This document shows positions 50,355 through 59,671 of a stretch of DNA of 63,823 nucleotides, one piece after another. Location: IMG/VR virus record IMGVR_UViG_3300042376_000206; one strand, written 5' to 3'. Within the stretch, counting starts at the first letter, position 1. Each line of letters begins with the position of its first letter. Origin of the DNA: a virus. The notes beneath the pieces were generated by a model. It did not search any database. It saw only the letters and a program-made list of their open reading frames with translations, and had not been told where the DNA came from. The position numbers and the translations under genes were made by a program.

Positions 50355-53300
50355 TCAGTTTCCTTTCAGGGTTGCAAGTTCTGCCTTGAGTTGTTCAACC
50401 TGTGCCGACAACTCTTGGACTGCTTTGACAAGCGGGGAGATAAACATCTCGCGGCTGATGGCTTGGATACCGTCTGAGCCTTGATCCCAACCATTGAAGG
50501 TGGTGCAGCCTTCTGCGTCCATCGCGGCTTTGACTTCCTGCGCCACGAAGCCGTGGATTACCGTCGTGGTGTCCTTGCCGTTCACCTCGTTGTAGTACGG
50601 ATGATCCTTTGGCAGTTCGTTCTGCGCCTTCCAAGTGAACTTGATTGGGTTCAGACGGTTGATGAACGACAGCCCCAAAGTGTCAGGGCCGACGATGTTC
50701 TTCATCGTGCCGTCAGAGGTTTGCGTCCATGTGGCGTTCGCCTCATAGGAGTTATAAATCTTTCCTGAAGCACTCCCAATGGTCACATTAGCGTCTGCTT
50801 GGCCTTCAACAGCGTGCCCTATTACTATCTGCTTATCCGCAGTGGCCGTCGAAGTTCGTGCGTAAGCACCAATTAAAGTGTTTCTGATTCCAGTAGTTAG
50901 AACAACGGTACTTCTTCCACCCTCCGCACCAATAATTGTGTTGCTATGACCAGTTGTAATGCCATCTCCGGCGGTTGGCCCCATCACGACGTTGTAGTAG
51001 CCAGTCGTGTTTGAATCTAACGCAAGATTGCCAACCGCTACATTGCTATAACCAGTGGTGTTGGCGGTGAGCGCCTCCAGTCCAAGGGCGACATTGTTTG
51101 CGCCAGTGCTATTTGACCGCAACGCGCTTTTGCCAACCGCCGTATTCCCGACTGCGGTTGTGTTATTTGACATACAGTCAAAACCAACAGCGACGTTATG
51201 ATAGCCAGTCGTGTTTGATGCAAGCGACTGCACCCCAAATGCGGAGTTTTGATACCCTGTGGTGTTGCTAAATAAAGCAGGGTTCCAACCGGCGGCTGTA
51301 TAGCCGCCCACCCCTACGTTTGCATCTCCGGTGGTGTTATTTGATAACACGCTTCTACCAACTGCCGTAATGCTGCCAGTGGTATTTGAAAATCCGGCTC
51401 GATAGCCAACAAGAGTGTTTTCAGCCCCGGTTGTAGTGCTATACCCCGCCTGATAACCAACGGCAGTGTTATTGGAGGCGGTTGTGTTGGCGTAAAGAGC
51501 CTCAAATCCAATAGCGACATTAAAAGCCCCTGTGGTATTTGAATACAGAGCCGTATAACCAACCGCGCTGTTGCCATTGGCCGTGGTATTTGACTGGAGC
51601 GCATACGCTCCAATTGCAGTGTTCTGCCCACCTGTAGTATTGCTAAATCCTGCCCGATAGCCTACAGCGGTGTGATTTGATGATGTTGTACTGGACTGAA
51701 GCGCCGAACGACCAATGGCAGTATTGTAAATGCCAGTAGTATTGCTATACAGAGCATACACGCCAGTTGCCGTGTTGTCGGTGCCCGTGATATTTAGATA
51801 TGCAGCCTGATAACCAACAGCAGTGTTGGTGTCTGCTGTGGTGTTACGAGAAAGCGCACCAGTACCAATTGCTGTATTAAGACCTCCAGTCGTGTTTGAG
51901 TGGCCCGCACCATAACCGGAGGGGTCCATGCCCCCTACGAACGTATTGCGCGATCCGGTCGTATTGAAAACACCGGCATATGTACCGGTGAACAGGTTGC
52001 CCGCACCGGTTGTATTCGTGAGTCCCGCATACCAACCAAGAGCAGTGTTGAAAGAGGCGGTGGTATTCGCGTACAGAGCCTGATAACCAACAGAAACGTT
52101 GTAATTCCCGGTGGTGTTTGCCCAAAGGGACAAAGAACCAAGTGCGACGTTTTGAGTGCCGGTGGTGTTGGCACGAAGCGCCTCAGCGCCGACAGCGGTG
52201 TTATTAGAAGCGGTGGTGTTGAGGTACAGGGATTGAATGCCTATTGCGGTGTTGTAAGCCCCGCTTGTACCGGAGCCATAGGAGTAGTAACCCAATGCGG
52301 TGTTGCCGTCCCCAGTAATGGTCGCGTTGCCTGCACGGCTTCCAACAAGGGTTGAATATCGACCTGTGGTAAGTCCTCCACCCGCAAGGTATCCGCCGAA
52401 GAAGTTTTCTGTACCCGTCGTATTGTTAAGCCCCGCCTGATAACCAACTGCGGTGTTGTAGGAGGCGGTGGTGTTGGATGCAAGTGCTTGGTCGCCAAAA
52501 GCAGAATTATAATTTCCTGATGTGTTTGCAGTTAAAGCCAAGTAACCAAATGCATTATTAAGACTCCCAGTGCTATTGGAATACAAGGCTCTGTAACCAA
52601 CTGCCGTTAATGCATTTGATCCAGAGGTTGTGTATCCAGCCTGATACCCAACTAGCGTTACAAAACCGGAGTTGTTTGTTGTCTGCGTGAATCCTGCTTG
52701 ATATCCAACCGCAACGCTGCCAACTCCATTGCTGTTGTTAGCAAATGCTTGATAACCAAGCACGGCATTGAAAGGAGTTCCACCGGGGGTTGACCCATAC
52801 ACCGTACCCAACGCAGTCGGCGTGGCGGCAGCGGTTGAGATCGTTGAGAACGACAGCGTTCCAGAGCCGTTGGTGGTCAACGCCTGACCGTTCGTGCCGT
52901 CAGCAGACGGCAGTGTCCAAGTGACGTTGGATGCCACCGTAGCGGGGGCTTGAAAAGCCACCCAGTTGCTATTGTCGGAATCTCCAAGGCGAAGATCGCC
53001 CTGAGAGCCAATCTGGAGGTTGGTTCCGTCGAATGTCAGCGCACTCCCTGTGGCAAGTGCACTGCTAGACGAGGCGTACAGAACACCGTTTGCCGTGAAG
53101 GAAGTAAGGCCCGTGCCGCCGTTCGTGGTGGCAAGCGTTCCTGCCAGGGTGACTGCGCCGGAAGTGGCGGAGTTGGGCGTGAAGCCCGTCGTGCCTGCGC
53201 TGAAAGTTGTTACGCCGTCAGCGACACTTGACGCCACCTTCACGAAGTCCGAGCCGTCCCAGGCAATCAGGGCCTTCTCGCCCGATACCATCGTCACGCC

Positions 53301-53660
53301 CGTGGTCGGACCTGCGCCAACCACCTTGACGCTTTGACTGGTCGAAGTCGCGTTCAAAACCAAGTACACCTTGCTCGCCGCAGGAGCGGTGATGGTTAAG
53401 AGCGAAGCGGGGTTGCCCGTGCAGTTGATGATCTGATACTGAGCCGATCCCGTTGAGCCAGACCCCACTTGAGTCAGGTTAGACGCCGTGGTCACGGACA
53501 GGGTAACTGCCGTTTGGCTTCCGCTGATGGTCTGAGCACCCGCGACAGCCGCGTCCAGATACTTGGTGATGTAGTCGTTTACCGTGTCGCCCCAGGTGCC
53601 TGAAAGTTCACCCGTGACCGGCAGGGCAAGGCCCAGAAGGGAGGTATATGAGGTGGGCAT
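50355..53660 (-). CDS. tail fiber with ~39 x 17-aa NTAxG...NTTG repeats and C-terminal S74-type intramolecular chaperone domain
   Basis: 1101 aa. N-terminal LLGLALPVTGELSGTWGDTVN fiber-anchor pattern. Residues ~297..962 repeat with 17-aa period (e.g. NTAVGYRAGFSNTTGGQ). The C-terminus, TSDGTMKNIVG...LNPIKFTW...HGFVAQEV...LVKAVQEL plus a coiled coil, fits the endosialidase-chaperone (peptidase S74) layout. Confidence 0.85.
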   Translation of the reverse strand: MPTSYTSLLGLALPVTGELSGTWGDTVNDYITKYLDAAVAGAQTISGSQTAVTLSVTTASNLTQVGSGSTGSAQYQIINCTGNPASLLTITAPAASKVYLVLNATSTSQSVKVVGAGPTTGVTMVSGEKALIAWDGSDFVKVASSVADGVTTFSAGTTGFTPNSATSGAVTLAGTLATTNGGTGLTSFTANGVLYASSSSALATGSALTFDGTNLQIGSQGDLRLGDSDNSNWVAFQAPATVASNVTWTLPSADGTNGQALTTNGSGTLSFSTISTAAATPTALGTVYGSTPGGTPFNAVLGYQAFANNSNGVGSVAVGYQAGFTQTTNNSGFVTLVGYQAGYTTSGSNALTAVGYRALYSNSTGSLNNAFGYLALTANTSGNYNSAFGDQALASNTTASYNTAVGYQAGLNNTTGTENFFGGYLAGGGLTTGRYSTLVGSRAGNATITGDGNTALGYYSYGSGTSGAYNTAIGIQSLYLNTTASNNTAVGAEALRANTTGTQNVALGSLSLWANTTGNYNVSVGYQALYANTTASFNTALGWYAGLTNTTGAGNLFTGTYAGVFNTTGSRNTFVGGMDPSGYGAGHSNTTGGLNTAIGTGALSRNTTADTNTAVGYQAAYLNITGTDNTATGVYALYSNTTGIYNTAIGRSALQSSTTSSNHTAVGYRAGFSNTTGGQNTAIGAYALQSNTTANGNSAVGYTALYSNTTGAFNVAIGFEALYANTTASNNTAVGYQAGYSTTTGAENTLVGYRAGFSNTTGSITAVGRSVLSNNTTGDANVGVGGYTAAGWNPALFSNTTGYQNSAFGVQSLASNTTGYHNVAVGFDCMSNNTTAVGNTAVGKSALRSNSTGANNVALGLEALTANTTGYSNVAVGNLALDSNTTGYYNVVMGPTAGDGITTGHSNTIIGAEGGRSTVVLTTGIRNTLIGAYARTSTATADKQIVIGHAVEGQADANVTIGSASGKIYNSYEANATWTQTSDGTMKNIVGPDTLGLSFINRLNPIKFTWKAQNELPKDHPYYNEVNGKDTTTVIHGFVAQEVKAAMDAEGCTTFNGWDQGSDGIQAISREMFISPLVKAVQELSAQVEQLKAELATLKGN
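50775..52772. repeat. 51-bp-period coding repeat array inside the tail fiber gene
   Basis: Derived from the 17-aa periodicity of the translated protein. The copies are degenerate at the DNA level. Confidence 0.75.
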
Positions 53661-53669
53661 CTAAGGCTC

Positions 53670-54692
53670 CTATTGCGTGTTGATGGTCGTCCAGCCCGCT
53701 GCTTGCGTGTCGGGCACTTGTGTCCAGCCGGACGACTGGGTGTTGCCGATATTCTGCCAATTTGCCGTCTGGGTGTCATCAATGATTTCCCATAGCGGCC
53801 TGCCGGTGATGCTGTCTGTGGCGTTGGCAAGTTCTTGGATGGCAGCAACAAACTGTGCTGCTGCCGCGTTTATGTCTGTTCCGGTTGCGGTTTCGGAAAC
53901 CGTGGCATTGAAGTTTTGATTGACCGCCGCTGCGTCTGTGCCCGTGGCAGTTTCGGAAACCTCTACATTCAACTGGGCTGCTGCTGCAATATCATCCGAC
54001 GCACTGGCTGATTCTTCGATGACGCTGTTGAACAAGAAGGCAGAGTCAAAGGTGTCTGTGCCCGTAGCAGACTCATCCACCACCCCGGCGTAGGTCGGCG
54101 TGGAAGAAACATCGTCAGTGCCCGTAGCAGATTCGGTGACCGCGCACCCATAAGTGGGTGTAGAAGAGATGTCGTCTGTGCCCGTGGCGGATTCAGATAT
54201 GACCGCTCCAAGTGTGGCAACAGCAGACGTGGTGTCTTGCCCCTCAGCCGTTTCCGTGATGAGCGCACCAAGCGTAGCGATGGAGGAAACATCGTCCGTG
54301 CCCGTCGCGGACTCAGAAACATCAGAAGCAAGCGTAGCGGCTGCGGACACATCATCCGTGCCAGTAGCAGTTTCAGTGATGGTTCCCGCGTAGGTCGGGA
54401 TAGCCGAGATGTCGTCTGTGCCGGTGGCAGACTCAGAAAGCAAAGCCCCAAAGGTTGCGGCAGCGGAGATGTCGTCCGTGCCGGTGGCTGTTTCCGTAAC
54501 AGCCGAAGCAAAAGTAACTGAGGACTCAATCGAGTCCGTGCCGGTGGCTGTCTCAGAAAGAGAAGAAGAGAAGGTAACAGCGGAGGAAGGGGCGTCCGTC
54601 CCGGTAGCCGACTCATCGACGGCCCGGTCATAAACGGAATCACCCCAACCGGCCTGACCCCAGGTGCCGGAACCCCATCCGCCCTCTGCCAC
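53670..54692 (-). CDS. tandem-repeat virion protein (13.5 x 20 aa, E[ST]ATGTDD...)
   Basis: 340 aa. Trp/Gly-rich ends (GGWGSGTWGQAGWG; ...ANWQNIGNTQSSGWTQVPDTQAAGWTTI). Residues 27..~299 are head-to-tail 20-aa units such as ESATGTDDISAIPTYAGTIT. Confidence 0.8.
   Translation of the reverse strand: MAEGGWGSGTWGQAGWGDSVYDRAVDESATGTDAPSSAVTFSSSLSETATGTDSIESSVTFASAVTETATGTDDISAAATFGALLSESATGTDDISAIPTYAGTITETATGTDDVSAAATLASDVSESATGTDDVSSIATLGALITETAEGQDTTSAVATLGAVISESATGTDDISSTPTYGCAVTESATGTDDVSSTPTYAGVVDESATGTDTFDSAFLFNSVIEESASASDDIAAAAQLNVEVSETATGTDAAAVNQNFNATVSETATGTDINAAAAQFVAAIQELANATDSITGRPLWEIIDDTQTANWQNIGNTQSSGWTQVPDTQAAGWTTINTQ
53796..54614. repeat. 60-bp tandem coding repeat array (~13.5 copies)
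   Basis: The recurrent gtgcc(c/g)gt(a/g)gc(a/g)ga(c/t)tc signature appears every 60 nt on the plus strand. Confidence 0.85.
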
Positions 54693-54701
54693 CGTTCATC
54701 C

Positions 54702-55274
54702 TCAACCGGCGAGGCTGAAGGTGTAGGTCACTGCCAGGATGTCACCAGACACAACGGAGCGGTCGCCAGGACTGGAGAAAGCCTTCTCCGAGAACAGCGT
54801 GCCCGTCGTGCCGCCCTTGGCCGAACCGGAGGTCAGGAACGCACCGCCCACCGTGCCTGTGGCGTTGATGGTGAAGTTGGCCGGGGTGCCCGAGTTGGTC
54901 ACCACCGATGGGTTGGCATTGGTCGCAGCCGTGAGCGTCGGAGCCACACGGGTCGAGTTGCTGTAGCCCGTGAACTCTGTCCAGCCCTTGGAAGACATCG
55001 TGTCCGCAGCGTTGGTCGTCACGCCGGGACCAGTGATCAGGCCAAGATACCAAGTCGTGATTTGCGTGGTTGTAGTCAGAGACGTGCCCGCCATGTACTG
55101 AAGGCCGACATTGACCACGAGGTTGTCTTCCTCGACAGACCACTTCAGGTTGCCGTCCTTATCGAAGCACTCCAATTTGTAGCGGCCCACAGCCGTGGCC
55201 TGCTCTTGGCCTTGTGCTCCTGCGATCAAGCCGCTTGCGACGAAGTCTGCGGCCTTGGCGATTTCGGTGGTCAT
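54702..55274 (-). CDS. virion structural protein (190 aa)
   Basis: ORF track. Thr/Gly/Ala-rich, beta-type composition. Lies in the tail/neck block. Confidence 0.7.
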   Translation of the reverse strand: MTTEIAKAADFVASGLIAGAQGQEQATAVGRYKLECFDKDGNLKWSVEEDNLVVNVGLQYMAGTSLTTTTQITTWYLGLITGPGVTTNAADTMSSKGWTEFTGYSNSTRVAPTLTAATNANPSVVTNSGTPANFTINATGTVGGAFLTSGSAKGGTTGTLFSEKAFSSPGDRSVVSGDILAVTYTFSLAG

Positions 55275-55283
55275 TTGATGCTC

Positions 55284-55718
55284 CTATGCAATGCGAATAA
55301 TCGCGTTGGTGCTGTCCGCGACGGGGAACTGCACCTGAAAAGAAGTGACAGCGGTTTTATCGCCGCCAAAGTCGAGAACGCAAACAGTGGGGTTGCCCCC
55401 ACCAACCTTATAAATTAGCGCACCACGGCAAGTGAACGATGCCGGGTTCCACGTAGCGTTGGCAAACGACAGATACGCCGTCGTGTTGTTGGGGTTGGTT
55501 CCCGTCGTGGGCGCCACAGACACCGTGATAACTTCACCACCCGTGGTGTAACCACCACCAGCCGGAACTTCGCTTGCCGTTGTGTACGCCGCAGTAGTCG
55601 GGCCGATGGTCGCCCCACCCGTGTAGAGCGCCATCTTGAACGTGTCAGTGCTGAAGTTGAACTGGCCAGAGGCCAAGCCCACCTTGAACTGATTGGTCGC
55701 GCCTTGCTCGATGGGCAT
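55284..55718 (-). CDS. virion structural protein (144 aa)
   Basis: ORF track. Composition and length are similar to the neighbouring 190-aa protein. Confidence 0.7.
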   Translation of the reverse strand: MPIEQGATNQFKVGLASGQFNFSTDTFKMALYTGGATIGPTTAAYTTASEVPAGGGYTTGGEVITVSVAPTTGTNPNNTTAYLSFANATWNPASFTCRGALIYKVGGGNPTVCVLDFGGDKTAVTSFQVQFPVADSTNAIIRIA

Positions 55719-56404
55719 TACTTGACCCCGTTATTCTGCGGCAGCGGCGCCAGACGCGACTGGCCACTACGGTATGCATCGCTGCGCTCCAGACCATCAC
55801 CCAGGCGCTTGGCCAGTTGCAGGGCTTCCATGTACTTCTGGTTGTACAGCGCAAGCATGTCCTGCTCACCCTTCATGTAGGTGTAGGCTTCAACCAGCGA
55901 GCCGTACAGCAGCACAGAGTCGAAGTTGTCACCCAACCAAGTCTGGCCATTTGCAGCCACCGTGATTGATTCAGGGTAGTAGAAGTAGTGAAGCTCGATC
56001 TCGTACGACGCGTCGGGCGTGGGGCCAAGAATGAACGTCAGTTCATCTTCGTTGTCTGAACGTGGGCCGAACAATGCGTAGTACCGGGGGATCGCCTTAT
56101 CCGTGTTCGGGTTCGGGTACGCCTGCCGGATGAAGTTCACGTCTTTGTTCAGCAAGTACTCGTACGACCCCGTGGCATCAATTGCTGCCATCGAATACAC
56201 CGCCAGGAAGTCTGACGGGCACTGAAGGTATTTATTGTTTGCCGTGGTGTAGCCCGTGACGTTCTTGCGAAGCGAAGGGAACTGAACGGAGTTGAAAATG
56301 CGCTGCTCAGCTTGTTGGACGAAAACGGGTATCTGAGCAACGAAATCGCTGCTCGGGTTTTCGGTATACGCCTGGATGGCGTTGCTGAGTTGCGTGTAGT
56401 TCAC
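55718..56404 (-). CDS. neck/head-tail connector-like protein (228 aa)
   Basis: ORF track. The call is by position only. Confidence 0.6.
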   Translation of the reverse strand: MNYTQLSNAIQAYTENPSSDFVAQIPVFVQQAEQRIFNSVQFPSLRKNVTGYTTANNKYLQCPSDFLAVYSMAAIDATGSYEYLLNKDVNFIRQAYPNPNTDKAIPRYYALFGPRSDNEDELTFILGPTPDASYEIELHYFYYPESITVAANGQTWLGDNFDSVLLYGSLVEAYTYMKGEQDMLALYNQKYMEALQLAKRLGDGLERSDAYRSGQSRLAPLPQNNGVK

Positions 56405-56607
56405 GCCATCGGTCCCCTGGCCATCGTGCCCTTGGTGGCGCAGCCAGTACCACGGATTTTGATGCCCGAAGTCTTGGTCGGCTTGTATTCGTTGGCGTGC
56501 ATGTTGGCCACGGACACGTCCATGCGCAGCGCCTTCTTGATGTCGTCAGCGCCAACAACCGGTGTGGCCACCGGCTTGGGAGTCTTGTAGGTTGCCATGT
56601 CAGACAC
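56401..56607 (-). CDS. small basic protein (68 aa)
   Basis: ORF track. C-terminus ...IRGTGCATKGTMARGPMA is related to the RGKT.G tails at 58962..59670. Confidence 0.65.
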   Translation of the reverse strand: MSDMATYKTPKPVATPVVGADDIKKALRMDVSVANMHANEYKPTKTSGIKIRGTGCATKGTMARGPMA

Positions 56608-56782
56608 CTTTCTGCTTGCGGCCAGGGTTCATCTGGTTGGCCACCTTGGCCAGACCACGACCCATCTTCAGCATGTCGCTGTTGGTCTTGCCACCAGCAC
56701 GCATTTTCTTGACGGCGGGATCGGGGTGTGCGCCCTTGCCCTTGGCCATGTGCTGCTTCAGCATTTCTTTAACGCCTGCCAT
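56600..56782 (-). CDS. small Lys/Gly-rich basic protein (60 aa)
   Basis: ORF track. MAKGKGAHPDPAVKKMRAGGKTNSDMLKMGRG. Confidence 0.65.
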   Translation of the reverse strand: MAGVKEMLKQHMAKGKGAHPDPAVKKMRAGGKTNSDMLKMGRGLAKVANQMNPGRKQKGV

Positions 56783-56791
56783 TTTTTGCTC

Positions 56792-57220
56792 CTATGCCGT
56801 CACAACTGTGACTGTACCAATTTGAACCGTTAATACCAAGTAGTTGGGCGTGAGCCCAGCATCGGGGCCGCGAGAACCACCAACCGGATTCCAGCCCCAC
56901 TGGAAGTCCCGACTGCCTTCACTCGGGAAACCCACCGCATCCTGCGTGGTTGCTGTGGTATCAGTTATTTGAAGTCCGGTGTTACCCGACTGCACGTAAC
57001 TCAGATCAGGACGCGGATTGCGCAAGCCTTGCGGGTCATCGACCGGGTACATGCCCAACTGCAACTGCGGTTGGTCGGGGTCCCAGCAGACCGGGCAGAC
57101 CAAGAGGTTGTAGGTCTTGGTCTTAACAACTTCCTTGCGCAGTTGCGTGAGCTTGAACCGAAAGTCGCAGCGGTCACACTGCGCAATCGCATTCTTGCCT
57201 GACGCAAACCGGTTGCCCAT
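56792..57220 (-). CDS. zinc-ribbon virion protein (142 aa)
   Basis: CDRCDFRF...LVCPVCWD gives two CxxC pairs. Confidence 0.7.
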   Translation of the reverse strand: MGNRFASGKNAIAQCDRCDFRFKLTQLRKEVVKTKTYNLLVCPVCWDPDQPQLQLGMYPVDDPQGLRNPRPDLSYVQSGNTGLQITDTTATTQDAVGFPSEGSRDFQWGWNPVGGSRGPDAGLTPNYLVLTVQIGTVTVVTA

Positions 57221-58171
57221 TTAGGTGCCGCTCCCGATGTACATCTGCCGGGGCACGAACCGCACCGCTGCCTTCTCTTGATCCTCGCCTGCGGCAATCA
57301 GCCAAGCCTCGTCATACTGAGCCTTGAGAATCTCAAGGCGGCTCAGCCCATCAGGAATCTTCAGCGCGATGTAGTACGCCAAACCTGCCACGAGGCAGGG
57401 CAGGAAACGGAACGGCACGTCCATCGTCTTGATGCCGCCACCAGCGTCCTGCGTGCGGCGCATGCGCCAGTACACAAACTGGTATGTCTGACCGGGGTTA
57501 GGTGTTGGCCAAACCGTGATGGACTGCTTCTGAGACAAATAAATGGGTGCGCTGGCTGCGTGGCTTGCCGCTGTAGTTCCGTCTTGGCCACGGCAGCAGT
57601 TTAGAAGGTAGGCAGGGTTGCCGTTGGCCGCAGCCTGATACTCGTTGTAGAAGATCAGTTCCGTGCCAATGCGCACGAAGCCTGCGTTGGGGATGTTGTT
57701 GACCGACGATACCGGGATCGACGTGTCTGTGCTGTTGCATCCCGGAGCCGCCACCGTGATGCTCATCAGGTTCTCTTGTGCCGTCAGGCGTTGGATGTAC
57801 ACCTGAATTGGTCGGCCTGTGATCAGTTTGTTGGGAATGGTGGCGTAGGTGCTGACGCTGATCCGGGTGATGGTCAGGTCGGCTTGATTGGTGGGGACGT
57901 TGGCGTTGGTGCGGATGACGTGATCCAACAGGTCTACCGTGTCGTCCGGTAGCGCATATGTCGGTTGTCCCGTAGCCAAGGTGATAACGCGCTGCTCAAA
58001 CGTCCACATGTTGACGCCGCGATTACCCCAATCAGCAAACAGCAAGTTAAGGCTACGACGAGCGGTTCGCAGGTCGTATCCGGTTCTGAGTTCCCCACCC
58101 GCACGCTCAAACGCCTCCTCGACGATCTCATTGAGATCGAGGTCAAAACTGGATACGCCAGAAGTAGTCAT
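57221..58171 (-). CDS. putative head-tail adaptor / virion structural protein (316 aa)
   Basis: N-terminal FDLDLNEIVEEAFERAG...ARRSLNLLFADWGNRGVNMW pattern recalled from podovirus adaptor-type proteins. Confidence 0.6.
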   Translation of the reverse strand: MTTSGVSSFDLDLNEIVEEAFERAGGELRTGYDLRTARRSLNLLFADWGNRGVNMWTFEQRVITLATGQPTYALPDDTVDLLDHVIRTNANVPTNQADLTITRISVSTYATIPNKLITGRPIQVYIQRLTAQENLMSITVAAPGCNSTDTSIPVSSVNNIPNAGFVRIGTELIFYNEYQAAANGNPAYLLNCCRGQDGTTAASHAASAPIYLSQKQSITVWPTPNPGQTYQFVYWRMRRTQDAGGGIKTMDVPFRFLPCLVAGLAYYIALKIPDGLSRLEILKAQYDEAWLIAAGEDQEKAAVRFVPRQMYIGSGT

Positions 58172-58401
58172 CTGAATCTCGCGGTCTTCTTAGCGATGGC
58201 CTTGGGTTGCGCTACGAACTGCTTGCCGGAGGCTTTGCCTGCTCGTTTTGCTCGGGTTGAGGCGGCGTACTCTTGGGGCGAGAGAGCCTTGATCGCAGCT
58301 TCTGGAAGGTATCGCTCACCAGTTTTACTAGACGGTTTACCACTTTTGGTCCTCCACTTCTGGTCAGTCCAGTCCTTCAGCGACTGCTGAGGCTTCTTCA
58401 T
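58168..58401 (-). CDS. small basic protein (77 aa)
   Basis: ORF track. Lys/Ala/Ser-rich, WTDQKWRTKSGKPSSKTGERYLP. Confidence 0.7.
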   Translation of the reverse strand: MKKPQQSLKDWTDQKWRTKSGKPSSKTGERYLPEAAIKALSPQEYAASTRAKRAGKASGKQFVAQPKAIAKKTARFR

Positions 58402-58676
58402 TTGCCCAACTTCTTTAAAGTCTGAGCAAACCGTGCCCGCTGACCCAACTTGCCCGGAGCCTTAGCAGCCTTGGCAAGCGTCTTAGCCGGGATAGTCTTG
58501 CCTTCCTTGACGCCAAGCGACTTGCGCAAAGCACCGGGCTTTTTGATGGCTTCTTGGATGAACTTACCGCCCTTGGCCATGCCACCCTTTTTCGCGGCTT
58601 CAACACCACGACCCTTGAGGATGTCAGCCTGGGTAACCTTGCCGTCGCCGGTCAGATCGGGAAATTTACTAGCCAC
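58398..58676 (-). CDS. small Lys/Gly-rich basic protein (92 aa, GTG start)
   Basis: The GTG at 58676 lies 6 nt after GGAGG. The longer track ORF (to 58886) would overlap the upstream gene out of frame. Confidence 0.6.
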   Translation of the reverse strand: MASKFPDLTGDGKVTQADILKGRGVEAAKKGGMAKGGKFIQEAIKKPGALRKSLGVKEGKTIPAKTLAKAAKAPGKLGQRARFAQTLKKLGK

Positions 58677-58959
58677 GGTAACCTCCGCCTTTAGCCTTGT
58701 ACTGCTTGGCCAGAAGCTGCGCCTTGCGGGCGCTCCACTGGCCTGCCGCCGTGCCCTGCGTAGCCTGCCCCTTGATCTTCTCGAAGAGCGACTTGCGCAT
58801 ACCGGGCTTGGTGTAGTTGCCTGCTTCGTTAACCTTGGACTTGGTGGTCCCGCCTTCGGCGTACATGTCAACGTCGTTCGGGTCATCCTTGCGTCGGATG
58901 ACCTTCTTCTTGGGCATCTTGGAGGGGGCGATTGCCCCCATCCCCCGGCTCGGCATCAT
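58669..58959 (-). CDS. small basic protein (96 aa)
   Basis: ORF track. C-terminal GQWSARKAQLLAKQYKAKGGGYRG motif. Confidence 0.7.
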   Translation of the reverse strand: MMPSRGMGAIAPSKMPKKKVIRRKDDPNDVDMYAEGGTTKSKVNEAGNYTKPGMRKSLFEKIKGQATQGTAAGQWSARKAQLLAKQYKAKGGGYRG

Positions 58960-58961
58960 GG

Positions 58962-59246
58962 CTACACCATCTTTCCACGGGTCTTGCCACGCATGGCGCA
59001 GCCGTCTGCACGAGACGAAGCCGTACCACCCTTGGCCTTGGGAATCGGATCAGATGCCATCTTCATGTCGCGCTCCAACTTCCGACGCTCTGCCGGAGTC
59101 AGCTTGCCCGTTCTGTCGATGTTCATCTTTCCAAGACGCTGCGCTGGAGTAAGCGGCTTCGGAGCAGACTTCATGTCTTCCGTATTGGCAGGAACCTCCG
59201 TGCCTTCGCGGAAGACGCCACCGCCAGCGTTATAGCGGCGTTTCAT
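58962..59246 (-). CDS. small basic protein (94 aa)
   Basis: ORF track. Ends ...SSRADGCAMRGKTRGKMV. Confidence 0.7.
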   Translation of the reverse strand: MKRRYNAGGGVFREGTEVPANTEDMKSAPKPLTPAQRLGKMNIDRTGKLTPAERRKLERDMKMASDPIPKAKGGTASSRADGCAMRGKTRGKMV

Positions 59247-59247
59247 C

Positions 59248-59670
59248 TCAGCAGGTCTTTCCGCCGCGCTTCATGCCCAGAGGCTTCGATGCGGCCATCT
59301 TGACCATCGTGCCCTTGGTCTTGCCTTTGGTGGCCAGACCGTCGCGGCTAGGAGCAGCGGTAGGAACTGCGCCCATCTTGGCCTTGGTGATACCGCCAGA
59401 AGCCATCTTCTTCATCTTCATGCCCTTCATTTCGGACTCCTCATGTTTGATCATTGACTTAGGGGCACCGGCCTTTTTCATGAAGCCGATCTCCTTCTTC
59501 ACCATCGCCTTGGACTCTTTCATCTCGCCACCTTCTTTGAACTTGCGGCCCTTGTCCGCTTTCAAGAACTCAGCCCCAACGGATTGGGGAACTCCTGCCT
59601 TCTTGGCGAACTTGGGGTTTGACGCCACCGCCGCCATGAACCTGTGCTGCTTACCGCTAACGCTTGGCAT
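59248..59670 (-). CDS. small Lys/Met/Gly-rich basic protein, DUF3008-like N-terminus (140 aa)
   Basis: The N-terminal SGKQHRFMAAVASNPKFAKKAG resembles the DUF3008 signature. Contains ...PSRDGLATKGKTKGTMV. Confidence 0.7.
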   Translation of the reverse strand: MPSVSGKQHRFMAAVASNPKFAKKAGVPQSVGAEFLKADKGRKFKEGGEMKESKAMVKKEIGFMKKAGAPKSMIKHEESEMKGMKMKKMASGGITKAKMGAVPTAAPSRDGLATKGKTKGTMVKMAASKPLGMKRGGKTC

Positions 59671-59671
59671 A

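Noticed and set aside
53796-54614. Regular 60-bp repeats that could superficially look like a CRISPR array.
   Set aside because: The repeats are contiguous with no spacers. They are in frame within a 340-aa ORF and degenerate in a codon-wise manner. There are no cas genes.
50355-54692. A diversity-generating retroelement near the tail fiber (template/variable repeat plus reverse transcriptase).
   Set aside because: There is no reverse-transcriptase-like ORF anywhere in the genome. There is also no pair of near-identical ~100-bp repeats differing at adenines.
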